A stretch of DNA of 64,000 nt. Source: Trichinella spiralis (taxonomy: Eukaryota). Positions 1 through 15,223 of this stretch are shown piece by piece. Every line of letters begins with the position of its first letter. The stretch's first letter is position 1. The DNA is taken from assembly GCF_000181795.1 (NCBI RefSeq), contig NW_003526943.1, positions 10,784,789 through 10,848,788 on the forward strand, written 5' to 3'. Below the pieces are notes generated by a model. That model saw only the letters and a program-made list of their open reading frames with translations. It was not told the origin of the DNA and ran no database searches. The position numbers and the translations under genes were made by a program.

Positions 1-3000
1 AGCAGTAAATTTAAAAAATTTTGTAGCCATCTTGCAAATTTATCATGACTTTATTTTACATGAAGATGGCATTTAAAAGAATCACCACCACTACAGTAGG
101 CAGTGCTATGCATTATTATTTGCAGAATATCCAGAAAAGAACAAAATAGCGTTTCATAGTAAATCTTATCAAAGTATACTATAAATAAAAAGATTTTTAC
201 TATTATAATACATTTTTCACACTAAATATTACGTAAACGGAAAGTCAGCCTTTAATTTTGTATAACAGCCATTTGTTACAGTTAACATTAATTTCCTATT
301 AATAGTAAACCTTAAATAAATGTACTTATTTTGCAAAATTATTCTGAAGTAATAAAACACTATAAAATGGTCAGGTTTTGATTGAACTTCATCAGTTAAT
401 TGCACAATGCTTGATAAATTTGCTTTAAAATCAAATTAAGTGCATTTTTATGTACTTTTAAGTCACACCGTTTTAGCATGCTATTTTAAAAATTACTGTT
501 AAATCTAAAATAAATGAAGCACTTATGAATTAGCGTTATTACTATTTTCTTTAAAAAAATAAAATTTCTAATTTCATGAAAGATATCATAGAATAACACT
601 GCTTTGCAATTTCGAAGATATCATACTTTGACAGTAATGCAAAATGCTTATATCTCACTTACAGAAAATAAAACTGCTTAGGCAATATTAAATAAATTAT
701 TTTCTAAAATCTGAATTAAAATTTGATCTTCAATAAATTGGAATGCTTTTGTAAGCTTACTGAAATGCATGCAGCAACTGGCATGCCTTCTAGTTTTCAA
801 GTGAAGAACTCAAAAAATTTTACTTACATATGAATACTGAGAATATAATATAAATATAAACTATCATAGTTATTTTAAAAATAACACGAATCTTTCAAAA
901 CTGTATTTACAATACACAGTTCTACATGCAATTTAATTGCTTCTAAAAAGATATCTTGCATATTACATTTTCATATTTTATAAATGGATTAGTAGTAAAC
1001 AGTTAACGTTTGGTTAATGCAAATTACACTAAATTATAAAATTTCTGTAAAATTAAGATAAGGGCCTTCTTGCACAGTAGACAAGTTTAGTCAGTATGTT
1101 AAGAAAATTTCAAATGCTGTGGGAGTTTCATTGATATAAGATGATACTCTTTAACAAATTTCAGTGCTACCTATTGTTAAGCAATATCAGATTTATGCAA
1201 GCAATGAAAAGGTTTTCAGCTAATTTTTTTCCAACGAAAAAAACTCTTTATCGTTTCACTAACAACTGCTCAGCATAATAACAAGCATGGTTAATAGTTA
1301 AAGTGACTTCCCATTCAAAGATAATAGGCTCATTATACCAAAACTTCCCAGATGATATCCGGGCATATCTTTTGTTTATTGTTGTTTAAATTGATGTAAA
1401 ATGGAAGTAAATTTCCATTATTTTTACAGAAACATACAAAAAGATGTTGAAACCTCATTTTACAGAAAATACGAGACTGTACTGCATTAATTTGAAAAAA
1501 TAAGTATTTCTTTTTATAAATTTACTTAGTACATAAAAATATGAAATAAACATTTGTTAAATGTTTATTGCAATAATTTATCCTTATATTCTTATTAGAA
1601 TAAAGTGTAATAGTTCGATTCACCGGTGAAAGCATAATGATTAAAATATGACATTAAAAGTGGTCAGCAATTACTCATGAAAATTTGACAACAATAATAA
1701 TGCAGTAAATAAAATATTTACGTTCAAAGCATTAAATGCAAATAATTTTACTTGAGAAATTTTTAGCCACATGCTATATGCTTGCCTTGTTAAGTCACAT
1801 TTCAGATTCTATGACTTTTTTAAAGTTTAATATACTGAAGAGTAAATAGCAACACAGCTTCAATAAATCAACACGCATTCTGATCTATAAAAGCAGTCAT
1901 TAAAACATTTAAACTGTTTAATATATAATAAAAGAAAAATATTTTTTTCTTATAGTTAACATAAAATGAGTACATCCATATATTTCCTTATTTATATTAT
2001 TCATTTTTTAAGAACAAAATAAAAACAAAAATTTTACATACATGCATTTTCACTTCTGCAAACAGCTTGATTCATTTTTTAATAATGTTCTTTTATTAAT
2101 ACAAATTAGTTGTTTTCTCTCTATCTGATTGCAAAATATACTTAAATCAATAATGATGATAATGATAAATGTAATGAGCAGCTGTTTAATTATTTAAAAT
2201 AATACCTTATGCCTTTCTAAAACTATTGAAATAAAATTTATCCTCTCCAAATGCCTATTATTTAAAGTAGAAATTAAAAAAATATCTGAATCAATTTTAG
2301 CATATTTATTCTGCAATAAAATGTAAAATTAATTTCAATGAAATGATGCAATTTGGAAAATATTTAAATGAAATCTATAAAACAAATTGCAAAAATGCAT
2401 AACTAATACTGCACTTGTAAAGCAAACTTGCAAGCTTTATCAGTGTTAAGAACAACAACTTGCCAGTAATAACAATTTCATGAAAGAATTTAAATTAACA
2501 TAAATTTTGATTAAAAGAGGAAGAGTTTTCTTATTTGAAAATAAGTCCTCATAATTAATAATATTTGTAAATAAAAGTTACATTCTGCACTAAAAGAAAA
2601 TTTCACTAAACGTAAAAAACATTTTGATTATAATTTTTAAATAAATCTTTTTATTATTTTTAACAAAAACAGATAATTTTTGCAAAAGATTTGCATATCG
2701 CTGCCCTTCAACGTGCAACATCAACAAGTTCAAAAGTGAGAAGCTTTGAACAGTTTGCAAAAGTGAAACTTTTTCTTCTACACAAAAGCATTGAAAAAAA
2801 AATATTTACATACATTATTATATTATGCAAATACATGAAAAAAAGAGCACATTAAAATTTGTATCCTTTCTAAATAAATATTCCTGCATGAAAGCAATAT
2901 TTTAAAATTTACAAGCATTATGCAAATTGAAATGACAAAATGCGCAGTGGCATTTTGAAGAAGAATTAGCTAGTTGTCCGCCGAATGCAGGCAAGCAAGC

Positions 3001-3223
3001 AAGAATCTACACAAATTGGTCGATAGTGGCAATATATATTTCAATTGAGCGCCGTTTATGGCGTTGCAAATGGGCAATTAAAAATAGGAAAATGGTTACC
3101 TTTTGGCCAAAAAGAGTTCAAGCAAGGGCACGGTGGACGTTTTTACAAGCCGCCTGGAGCCAACAAACAGCAACAGCTTCGATCAAAGTTGATCAGATTA
3201 AAAATCATTTCCCCATTCAATGA

Positions 3224-3290
3224 GGGGGAGACAGAAAGACACACACACACAGAGAGAGAGAAACAGAGAGTGAAAGAGTGAGACTGACTG
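3224..3290. repeat. (CA)n/(GA)n compound microsatellite within a GC-enriched island
   Basis: acacacacac agagagagag...gagtgaaagagtgagactgactgac. Confidence 0.8.
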
Positions 3291-6200
3291 ACTTGGCAAA
3301 GGGAAATTGGCGCCCAAGTGTCCGGACGGCGGTCGAAAAATTTGCCTCTTCCGGATCCGCATGTTTATTGCGTCGTAAAGTGTTGACGAGAGTTGCTGCT
3401 TGATTCAAGTGAAACAATGCGGCGCTTTTCTCACGAGGCGCTTGCAAAAGCCGGCCGGCGGAAACGGTGGTCGAGAATAAAGACGGGTAATAAAAAGCGT
3501 GATTTACGCGATGCCTCTATACGACCGCTTTCCTTTTACCAATCGTCCTGCAAGCTGAAATGCAAACCTCCGCTATTAGCTTCTTCACTTTCTTTATTTT
3601 TTGCACATACCTATGGAAATATGTAAAGCTTGCATAATCATAATACATCCATATCATGTAATATGACACATCAACAGCGTATGTATATTCGACTTTACTG
3701 GTTGGGCATTTTTACCTCTCATCTCATTTGCTTCTTCTAAGCTGAATAATTTTAGTAGCTTTATGCCATGATGTTATTTTTGCTTTTTTTCTTTCGTTTT
3801 TATGTCTCTATTTTTCTTTCGCTACCCCTTTTGCTCTCTGGCGTGCGCTCTTTCAGTTTTGGCCGCTAGGCGAAAAATTGTTTTCGATCAAACAACAGCG
3901 GCAAGATCAAACAAGCTGACGAACCTGCTTGCCCATGGCAGTTACGGTCATAAATCACAAGCACGACTGTGAAAAATCTATACGCCATCGTCGCTGCTAA
4001 CCGACATACCCCTATCGACCAACTGGCATCAGTATCCTCATCTTTTTTCTCATTCATCCCATTGATTATGATGTTATTTTTTTATTGAAAATTTACAATT
4101 CATTCATTCATTCATTCATATTCATTCAATCATTCATTGCTATTAAAAAAATTTGTTTAATAATTTGAATTCTTTTTCACATCCCTCCTAAATTATACCT
4201 GCCCCAAAATACTGTAATACATTTCTGCTGAAGTGATATGATGGCCGTGTCGACACTGACCTCTTTTATACTCTACTGGCTGACTAGACACTAGTCGTCG
4301 GTCGGGATCGCTTTGTCGCTTTTAATAGCTGTCCTGACCAAGCACGACACCAAATGAATCATTCTGCGAAAACTTTTCCCATCTTATATCCCACACTAGA
4401 GATAAGCACACAGCTCCAATTTATCATTACTGGCTCTGATCGAATATACAATAATACAAAAATTCAAATATTATCATTATTAAATTCCTTTCGTTTTAAC
4501 TTGCTGAAATTATTTCTGTTGTAAAATGTCAAAAAAGATTTTGTTTTAAAAATACAACATATCCATATTTTCTGGAAAAATTATTAGATATCATTGGGCT
4601 GTGATTAGACGATGTTCAATTCGTTAGAAATGAGAGATGCAATTTCAAAAATTTTCTCCAGCCGGACAGATTTTTCTTGTAAAATAATTTTCAGTATCTC
4701 AGATGGACCAAATTGAAGAAAATTTTGCTAAAAAGTATAGTATAATTTTTTCTTCAGTGTTTTAAAATATATCATTTTATTAATGATGATAAATTGTCCT
4801 TGTGGTAACAACAAATCAATATAAGCCACAAAAAATTTCATTTTATTTATTAGAGATGTCGAATAATTAAAGCAACAAAACTATGCAATAGTGTAAATAA
4901 TTGAAAATACTGGAACAATTTTGCTAAAATAGTTGTATGAACTTGTTGTCATGATCAAAATAACATGCATGACATAAAAATGGTGCAGCTATTTGTAGTA
5001 CTGCTTTAAGAAAATTGTACTCCACCAAATGATGTTTCCACTTGAAATGCGCTAATGTTTACAAGCTGCCACTGCATATTCCTATTCTGCAAATCATTGC
5101 AATGTAAAGGAAAATTGTACATTTTAATATTTTGTACATTATGCAGCAAATTGTCCTAGGATAAAACTGCTGCAAGTGTTGAAGTCGGAATATTAATTTG
5201 CACAGCATTCATTTTGTCAACTTAAGTTTAACTGATATATTATGGTTATAAAATTTTAATGTAGATAAATAAAAAAATTTAAATTTTAATTCATTGTTTG
5301 CAACTTACTGATTTTAATTAAAAAAAATCTAAGATTACAAATTTGTGATAATTTCTACTATGCTAATTTTGTACATTACAGTAAATAATACATTAATAAA
5401 CTGATATGAAAAGTAAACATAAAATTTCTTTAAAATATTCTTAGCCATAACTGAAGCATTGAGTCTTTTCCGTTTAAAAGCAGTGTTGCAAAATTAAAAT
5501 TAAACAGCGTGAAGTTGCATGTAATTTTTAGTTGCAATAATATATTTAAAATTTCCAAGAAAATCTTATTTAAATTAGTTTGAAATAAATAAATATATGT
5601 ATAATATTATATGTAAATTTTCATGTGTATTTAGATCTACCTTATTGTGCAGAATATGATTATGTATGGCATAAATCAGGAAAGATTCTCTGATACCATG
5701 TTAAATAAGTCTATTTAAAAATTATTATATATGCAGAATTTTAAAATTACTTTTTCAGCAATTTACATTTGTATTAAAAATTTAAATTTCTTTCTTCAAT
5801 GTAAATTGCATTTGAATTTAAACAAAAAACCAGCGATAAACGTAGCTTAAACCATAATGCAATTACAATTTTTATTATTGCTTTTTATTGTTCATCATGA
5901 AATCTATTAATGATTTTATTCATTTCCTTTTACTGTTAAAAATTGTCTTTTTTGAAACGTTCACAAATTAATTAATTTAGTAAAACTTATTCTGTATCAT
6001 TGCATTTATTTATATGCTGTGATAAAACTTCTCGATTAAAAATGTGATACAAAAATTATGCACAGTTGTATAGAGAATGCTAACTGTACAAATTGCATTA
6101 GTAATATCTGAAAATGCTATTGTACTTTAAATTTTACACATAGTAAAATATTTTTGTTAAAAAATTTTAAATCCATTATACCTGAGATTAATTTTCACAG

Positions 6201-8988
6201 TAATGTAGTGATAATGATATCATGAAACAAAATTATGATTTTTTGTAATTTTGAAAAAATTATTTCATGTTTTTTTAATTTATGCACAAATAAATTATTT
6301 TAGTATAATATTACATGTGGTATAATTTTGTTTTGTTTTACTTTACATAAATAAAGCAAAATTGAATGCATAGATATAATTCACTGCATATTAATGCGCA
6401 ACCATGTCACTTAAATATTGCTGTTTGCTTAAATGAATAATAAGTCTTTGAGTTTGACAATGAACTGCTGAAAAATGAATTATACTTTTAATGAAACGTT
6501 CTTTCCTACAATATACGATAAGCATGAATGGATTATATTACTATCAGTCATTATAAATTATTTGACATAGTTTTATAAATTTAAATAAATATAGAATTCC
6601 GTTGGGAATCTACTTTTGCATTTCATATTGGAAAGTGCTGATAAACGTGCAAATAAATATATACAGTTGCTTAAGTTCTTGCAATTTTTTATGTTTAGAA
6701 ATTATCCATCTTTTAAAATTAATTAAAAAAATGTCAAAATAATAATAAAAACTTTACTATTTTTTAGTATGATTTATTTTGAAATATATTTTTATAGCTT
6801 TTTCATTTCATTAGCAATCTTTCTCTGAATCTTCTTCGAATGATTTACCCCAAGCTGAATTATTATATTTTACATCAAATCATTGCAAAAGATAATTCGC
6901 AATAATTAATCATGAAAGTTTATATCTTTCACAGATCATTATTTTACAATAAGTTTTGCAAATTTTATAAATTTAAATACATCGGAATCTAATTTTCGGC
7001 TTTATTCACATCAAAGAAATATTTACTACTTTTTAAATGTACTAATTCTTTTGTAAAAGCATTCCGCAACACGTTAAAACACGTGACTCTTCAGCATAAG
7101 TTTTGTTGTTTTCAATATAAAGAATTGCTAACGATGAACAGCTAAAACAATAAAATTTCTTAATTATCAAGATGCTCAGCATTTGAGTATGTTTAAAAGT
7201 TTTTATTGCCAACACTCCAGACAGCCTAATTTTTATAACTCTTTAATTGCGTTTGAAATATTTAGAATTCATCTGCTATGCAGAAAGAAAGATTTTATGA
7301 TGTTTAAAAAAAGTGCATTTTTTCTTAGCTATCTGGTAATTAAGCTTTTATAGCTAGGATGTGAATGTTGTTTACCACAAAACATCCATGTGCTCTTTTT
7401 CATTATGCTTTATTACTTTCTTTTGATAAACAGCGGTTGTTTGAAGTTTTAAACTGCATTACTTTGGCAAGCAGGAAAATTTTACTTCGAATTTGAGGAA
7501 TTGTTTGATGGAACTTTAAATACATCCTTTGCTGGTGGATAGAAAATGTGCATTTCAAAATTGCCGAATGCTGAAAACAGAAATTTAATTTCATCTGAAA
7601 TTCATTCAACAAATATACAAATTTATAAGCTGACTACAAAAATTATAAAGAAATGGATGTCAATTTTTTCACTGAAATTAGTGCTTTTGTTCATCTTGCT
7701 GTCTGTTATTTTATCAAAAATGAAGCTTAATAAAGTAACCTTCTGTAAGCTAATTTTCTTTTCAAATTAAAAAATTATTTTTGTTGAAAAATTTTTAAGT
7801 GATGATTTATTTTAAAGGTCACACATGAAATCAATACCTATTTTGAAATGCAATAAATTTTCTTATAAAACACAATGAATTTGATTTCTTTTAAATGTTG
7901 TCATTCATCACATAAATTAAGATTGTTATTTATGCTTTTATGCTTCATATTGTTTCTAGTAAACAAACAGTTTTTATAATTAAAAATAAAAATTTCAGTA
8001 TTGCTTTAAGAAATATTACTTGATAAACTTAATTATATCAAGAAGAAGGTAAAAAATCATTAATTTTTATTAAAACTTTTCATTAGCTAGAAGAGCTTTA
8101 CAATTTATATGATTTCAATACTTCATTATTTCTGTAATGTAAAATCACAGTGCACTAAAATTAAAAATTACATTTATTTTTTTTCATGAAATAGGACTTT
8201 AATAATAAATGTACGAGTTATTTATCACATTGCTTTATTCAGAAAAAATTTGCTTTTTTACATTAATTTAATAAGATTCTGCAAGCGGAGACAAGTAAAT
8301 GTGATCAGTAGTTAAAATAAAAAATTAAATATCAAAATTAAAATAAAAATAATATCAAAAGCTAATATAGCAAAACTATATTTTTCATGCAATAATTTAA
8401 TTTGATTTAGCTATGCTAAATTTATTTAAAATTTCTGCTGCAGTTCAAAAGCATATAATATTTTTAATTTTTTCTTGAAAATTTTGATGCCTTGAATTTC
8501 TAAAGCATTGTCATAACTGAATCATTAAAATTTAAGCCAAGGAAGATAAATATTGCTTCTGAATGTAATAAAATAGTACATTTTATAAATTAAGCTCAGT
8601 GAGTTTATTTACGTCAAATTTCCGTCATTTTAATTAATGATTTACAATGCTGATTATATTGACTGAAAATATCAAGGGAGTACTTCAACATTTTCTGAAT
8701 ATTTAATTGTAATCTTTAAAAAGTTAATTTAATTTAATAACACTTCATGAACTATTTTCATTCTTTTAGCTTCCTTTGATCATAGGTTGGCGTCAAAGTT
8801 AAAAATTGTATTAAAATGCAAAGCATTTAAATGCATGTTATAAAATAAAAGCTTCATTCTTTGTTTTAGAACACAAATTCTTAAATTTCACAAATCCTGA
8901 AATGAAGTTTCATATTGCTTAATCTTAGAAAAATTTAACAATTAAAGTTCTTTAAAAAATGATGTGTTATAATACATATTGCAATAAG

Positions 8989-8990
<2 letters not shown>

Positions 8991-9016
<26 letters not shown>
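8991..9016. repeat. (AT)n microsatellite
   Basis: About 13 AT units. Confidence 0.9.
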
Positions 9017-9021
<5 letters not shown>

Positions 9022-12000
9022 TTGAAAGATTATAACAACAGCAAATAGTCTTTGTGTAAAAAGGAGAAGATTATAACTTAAACATTTACATTAAAGTTTA
9101 TAACTACTGCTATGTAAAAACATTTTTTAATGTTTACAGTATTTCTGATTATTCTGAGTCTGATCAGTATATTATGTGACTAGAACGTCATGCTGATTTT
9201 ATGTTAAACACCTGCATACAGTAATCCATGCAGCCTCCAGCAGTTTCATTCACTTTTGTAGAATTTTTGATAAATATGAATATATTATTTGCGCAGAAAA
9301 GAATTCAACTAATTTATAAGAATTGTTAAAAAGTTTTTGTTCATGTATTAATAAATGTTGGATTATATTTTGTTGGTCTGTAAGTGTAAAATCAAAAGTG
9401 GGATAATTGCAGTTGAATGTTTTTCAATTTATAACGTTAAAAATACTCAAGTTTAAAAAAAGGTTTAGCATCTGAATACAAGAAATTATAAACTACACAT
9501 GTGATTTTAAAAGAAACTGCTTCTGAAGATGAATATTCCCAAGACAGAAGCTGTTAAATAGACATGAGCTGCTTTAAACATGCACACAACAAATGCTTAT
9601 TTTTGATACTTTTTTTCAAGTCTTTACTGTGATGAAATAATGCTGGAAAATTCTAGTGATTGCTTATGAAATAAGATGTATGCAACACTTATAAAACTGT
9701 ATCTAACAATAGCCATTTCTGTTTCAAACAGCTTTGCTCTTGTTAGGGAGGAGCAGATGGCTCTTTAAAGAAGTACAATTCAAATTGTAGCCCAACAGAT
9801 GTTCATCGCAAAGCATATGTCGAAATTAAGATAAACAAAATAAAATTCAAAGTTTTGTCTATAACAATAGCATACAGATTGTTTTGCAAAAAATAATATT
9901 ATTCAGTTAATATTTTTATTTGATTTGTACTGATTCAGCGTCATGAAATTTAAAACAATCAAAATTCAGACAGTCCAGCCAGAGTAGCTCAATAGTAAAT
10001 CTAAGCCATCTTTGTCAGGATCTTTCATGTCACAACATTGGAGCACATTAAAAAGCAATAAATTTTTATTAAAAGGCCAAAAAATTAGGCCGGTTAATGC
10101 TAATTACAAGGGCAAGAATATTATACAATAATACAATACATTTTATTTAGCATCGGCAAAAAGGTAACGATTGCAAAGTCACCAGCTACAAAATTTTCAA
10201 GTCACCTTTCTTGGTGCATGCTATTGTATACATTCAAATGAACGCTGTTAAAAATGATTGAAGCTTTAAATGTTTTTTATATTTGATTTGCTTTGTATGT
10301 ATGAAGTTCCATAAATGCTGTAGCTGGAAGTTGTTATCTTGAATTGTGTTTTACGCATCAACACACGAGCTTGGTCTATGTTATGTAAAGCAAAATTATG
10401 CACGTTGCATTTCATGAATAATGAAAATTAACAAGTTTTAAAAATGATTGATGCTTTCTTTCATCTGCAGAATATTATAAATAAAAACTAAGTTGACGAT
10501 TAAAACTGGTGAATTATATGATATGGTGAAAAAATCTTTGTATTTTATTTCATAAATCAGGTTTTACAAATTATATTTTATTCATAAATCGTAAAATGCT
10601 TAGAAAGCAGCAAAAGTTAGCAGCTTGTTTTTTCCGCATTTATTAAAAATTTCATGGAAAAATAAGAACTATTAAAAATAATTGAGGGTACTGTGTTAAA
10701 ATCATTATTAAAAACTAGACATTTTCAGCATCTGTCCGTTACAAAAGTATATGCATTTCACTGCAAAATGTCATTTTATTACAATAAAAAATAATAAATA
10801 AAATATTCTGGCATATAAATACACTGTGTTTGTAAGTAGCGGTTTTTAATACCCAAAATGAAAAAGCAAGAAGTAAAAATAATTATGAGAAAATATATTG
10901 AATAAGTTTTATTTGTTCAAAATATAATGCTTGAATAGTGATTATGTTTTCATACAACATGTTTAGAAAAAATGACTGTTCAAAAAATTGAAGTGGTAAA
11001 GCTTCTTAGCGTATTGCTTCTTCATCATTGACAGTTGTAACATACTGTCTTTTTCGTCTAAAAAAAATTCCATGCTGTCAACTGTAAATAGTTCGAAATG
11101 TATATAAATATATCAAAATATTTAGTTTTATAAATGATTTTCAATGTGTTTTAAAATTTTAGAACTCATCAAGTTAAAAATAAAGATAAAATGTTTCAAA
11201 TTTAATTTTTATTGTATAATTATAATTATAAATGTGATAAACATATTAAATACAAATATTCTGTCATAAATAAATTAAAAGTATTAATGTAGCTTTTGTA
11301 TAAAAACACTGAAATAACAATAAAAGATTGTGTCACTATTTGTCAGGCACAAGGTAATCATACACAGATGTCATCCGGCAGCCTGATTTTAGCAATATGG
11401 AAACTAAGTAGCAGAACTTGAACAAAGCAACTTTTTGTTAGCATAAAACTGAGATGAACTGCATGAATGCTGAAACTGACTTTTTGAAATTAAAATATCT
11501 TCTATGGATTTTATAACTCAGGCCTTGTTTAACAGCAGATTTTCAATATTTTATTATTTATTATATTTGAAACAAAAAACAGAAAGTAGTAACAAAGAAT
11601 TCAGTTTTGTTTTTCATAACTTTTACTTACTGATGAAAAATCTGCAAGATTTTATAATGCTTGCATTGTTTTTCTTAAAAGCTTGTTTGGATTTGAATTA
11701 TTATTATCATCATTATTCTTAGTCTGCTTGTCTATAAATTTAAATAATATGATTTGCACTAGTGATCAATAATAAGTCATACTGTAACTTCCGTGAAGCA
11801 GATGACAGCTTATGCTATGGAAATCTACTGTAAACTTCTGCATTTAAAAGTTAATTGAAATTTTAATAATCGCTGCATTGAAATTGCATAATATTGTCCC
11901 ATCATTTTAACTTTAATCCAAAGTAAAAATATACGTCTAAGTATTCAAGACTTGAACTTTAAAATTTTTTAACATAATCATTAAATTTTATGTGAACTAC

Positions 12001-12936
12001 ATTCTAGATTATTATGCACATTTCAACTGATAGCTAAAGGTAAAAATGCAACATTTCGTAACAACATGATATATGTTTTTTTACAATATTTTATTCTTCT
12101 TAACTATGCAGTAAAAATGAAATGAATTTTATGTTGAGATACAGAAATACTAGTAATTAACAAAACTGAAATAATTAAAAAAACATTGAATCATTATGAA
12201 AGCAGAGCAGAATAATATATGAAACTGATAAATAAACTGTATAAATTTTGTCTCTGTCATGCACAACTGTTCCCAGTTTCTAACTGCAACAGTTTTTGAT
12301 TTCATAAATAAATAATACAAATTAATGTTATCCAGCAGTTCATGTAAATAAATTATATCAAAGTGTCAATAGTGATCCTTAAGACTCTTACGTCTAATAA
12401 CATTTTAGAAATCGATCTTATTTTACATAATTAACAAGATAAATCAAATCATATAAAAAATATTTTTAATGCCTTTAATAATCAATACTTTCAAATGCAG
12501 TAATTGTAATCATCAAGAAATTCAATGATGAATGTTTTTGATGAAATACATGATGAATCCATGCAAAATAAAGTCATGCATATCTTATTATTGTATATCT
12601 TTCGAGTAAATGATTGATATTATGCTTATATATGTCAATATATTTACAATATGTATGTAGTTTTATTTATATGTGATGTAAGACGCCACACTTGCAGACT
12701 TCATCCATTAGCTTATAATTTACTTCTTCAATGTTTTGAAAAATCATAAATAAAAAATACATTAAATTTCAAACGCTTTTTTTAAACGCATTTTTAATTT
12801 TTGAAATCAATTTGCTAAATGTAAAGTATGATAATTTATAAAATTGTAACATTTGCTATTTTAACTAATTCTTTCATTCTATCAAATTATTTAAAATTCA
12901 AAGTGGGGCTTCCATAACAAATAATTTGGCAAAATA

Positions 12937-13595
12937 CAATCAAACGTGGTTAAGTGCACATGGAATTTCACATTTGGCAAGAATTTCCATGCACTAATCC
13001 AAGTTGTGCACTTACCAAAAGTTGGGAATTATGCAGAGTAAATGAAAGAAGTAATGACTTCAAATTTGCACGTAGGTAGGTTTGATGTGAAAAGATGTCC
13101 ATTTGTCCATGTAAAATAGTCAGAAATGTAGGTTTGAATTACATTTTGTAGTAGCAGCGATACCAGCTGATCTTCAATTCCGTTTAGGTTTGTCTGATTT
13201 ATGCTGTTTTTGTAAAAATATGACTGAATTCTCACCAAATCTGCGACTGCTTCTTTGTGAGTAACTTCCTGGGAAAGTAGTAGTTGTTTTGACTTTTGCC
13301 TAGCTCACCTTGCCTGTGATACGCGTGCTTATTCTGATATAGGGAACAGTAAATTTTGCCGAGTATCAATAGTTGTTATGGCTGATGATAAACGTAAAGC
13401 GGCCAAGAATGCGCCTGTTGTGCACTTAAGGACTACATATTGTGAACAGTGAATCCCGTCGACCCAGGCAAAACGATGTACTTAACCAATTTGTGAACTT
13501 ATTCATTATTTTACCATACAATTAACTACAGAGAATTTTGTAAGGTCAAAATTTTGTGCACATAAGGGAAATGTGCACTTATCCAAGTTCGACTG
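12937..13595 (-). mobile_element. Internally deleted pogo/Tigger-like (Tc1/mariner superfamily) DNA transposon, ~660 bp
   Basis: Left end TA|CAATCAAACGTGGTTAAGTGCACA and reverse complement of right end TA|CAGTCGAACTTGGATAAGTGCACA match at 22/26 positions including the TA, and TA flanks both ends. The minus strand retains ...EVTHKEAVADLVRIQSYF...VIQTYISDYF, resembling the pogo transposase C-terminus with a PIP-box-like QxxIxxYF. Confidence 0.8.
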
Positions 13596-15223
13596 TATCT
13601 ATAACTGCATTTATTTCTTATTTAAATCATCAGTGTCTCATGATTTATAATATTCATGCTTTATGCATATTTAGTTAATTATTTTGAAATATTCCATAGA
13701 GTTTGACCAGGCTAAACATTATTTTTTAGCATTTATTTTTTCATTCACTTATAAGAAGCATGCCTAAAATTTAAATTTGCTCATTTTCACAGTATGCTTT
13801 TTTAATGATGCAGTATGAAGTTACCTTGACATTCATTAACTGCAAGAAGGGTTTTATTTTATAATTTTGAAATAAATAAAAACTGAAAAACAATTTTATT
13901 TAATTTAGAATAACTTTTTTTTAATTTTCATGTAAGGAAAACACATGAGAAGAAGCAGCTATTTGAAAATTGTCAGTATATTTATAAATTTAGCAGTAGC
14001 TGAAACTAAGATTCAAGATTGAACCATCATGCTTATTAATAGAAATAAATATTAATGTTGCAAAAAACAGACAATTAATGTTTAAATATTTAATATTTTA
14101 ATACTGGAAATTAATATTTTCAACTTTCAACTGCAAAAATTATCTTGCGAAATTTTAACTCATATAAATTGCTCAGTTTAAACAGATTTTTGTGCTTTTA
14201 CACATTTAATTATGCATACATGCCATTAGTAAATCTAATATATAATTTTGAAAAAAATCAATAAACTTCAGCTGCAAACGCATAATTTTTTCCTTTTATA
14301 TCCACATCTTTTCAGATTAGTAAATTTTAAATGTATTAAGTCAAGATGTACAGTTGCCTGTTATTAAAGTACAAAATTAAACATACTTACAAAAACGAAA
14401 TGTTTTGATGTTTATTCATAGCATTTTATTTTTTACTTTTAAAAGTGTTTTCAATTTAACCACTTGAAATAATAGTTTAAAGCAGGCACAAGATTAATAT
14501 GTGCAAATAAGTAATAAGCAGCAAATCATGAGGCGTTTGTGCTAGTTGAAGAGATAACTTGCTTTCAAAATAATATTAAGAAGCCACGAAAGCTGTTGCA
14601 CTTAAATGATTATTATTAAATATTATATTGTAAATTCTTTAAATGTTATTTCATTACTTATGAATATTTTAAAAACATATAATGAAATATAATAATTTAA
14701 GTTTAAAAAGACATGAAGCAAAACACAGAAAGTTAGCATTTATTATTAAATGATATTTATTGATAAAGAATCAATTTCTGTTAATGTTCTGAATTTAAAT
14801 GCTAAATGCTATAAATTTTAAGAATAACTGAGAAATAAATGAAAGAATACGCTGGAAAAAGCAACTTATTCGATGGTGCTTGACGCAGACCACCAACAAC
14901 TTACTGTAGTCCAGAAGGAAACAGCAACGAGTAGTGATTCATGAAGTAAAGAGCACATTTTTCATCTAACATTCGGATGCATTGATGAACGTTTGGGTTG
15001 CTATTGGTTAGTGTGGGTAAAAGCAAAAGGACGCCGCCGCCTTTCCCAGCCAAGCCAGACGCAAATAATTCTTCAAATGACAGCGCTGCCGTCAGCGGCT
15101 ATGAATTATGATTTGATGTTGCTTTACATCAAGGCAGCATTGCGGCAATGAATTAAATTTAACGACATTTTTATTGTCGTAGCGGCAGCATTTATCCTAG
15201 CAGATGTTCAATGCGGTGAATGC

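Noticed and set aside
3026..4057. Several short ORFs in the GC-rich island
   Set aside because: Mostly non-ATG starts, microsatellite-derived residues, and no recognisable domain or coherent splice pattern.
9978..10020. GCCAGAGTAGCTCAATAG resembles a tRNA 5' end / A-box
   Set aside because: No anticodon arm, T-loop (GTTCRA) or acceptor-stem complement.
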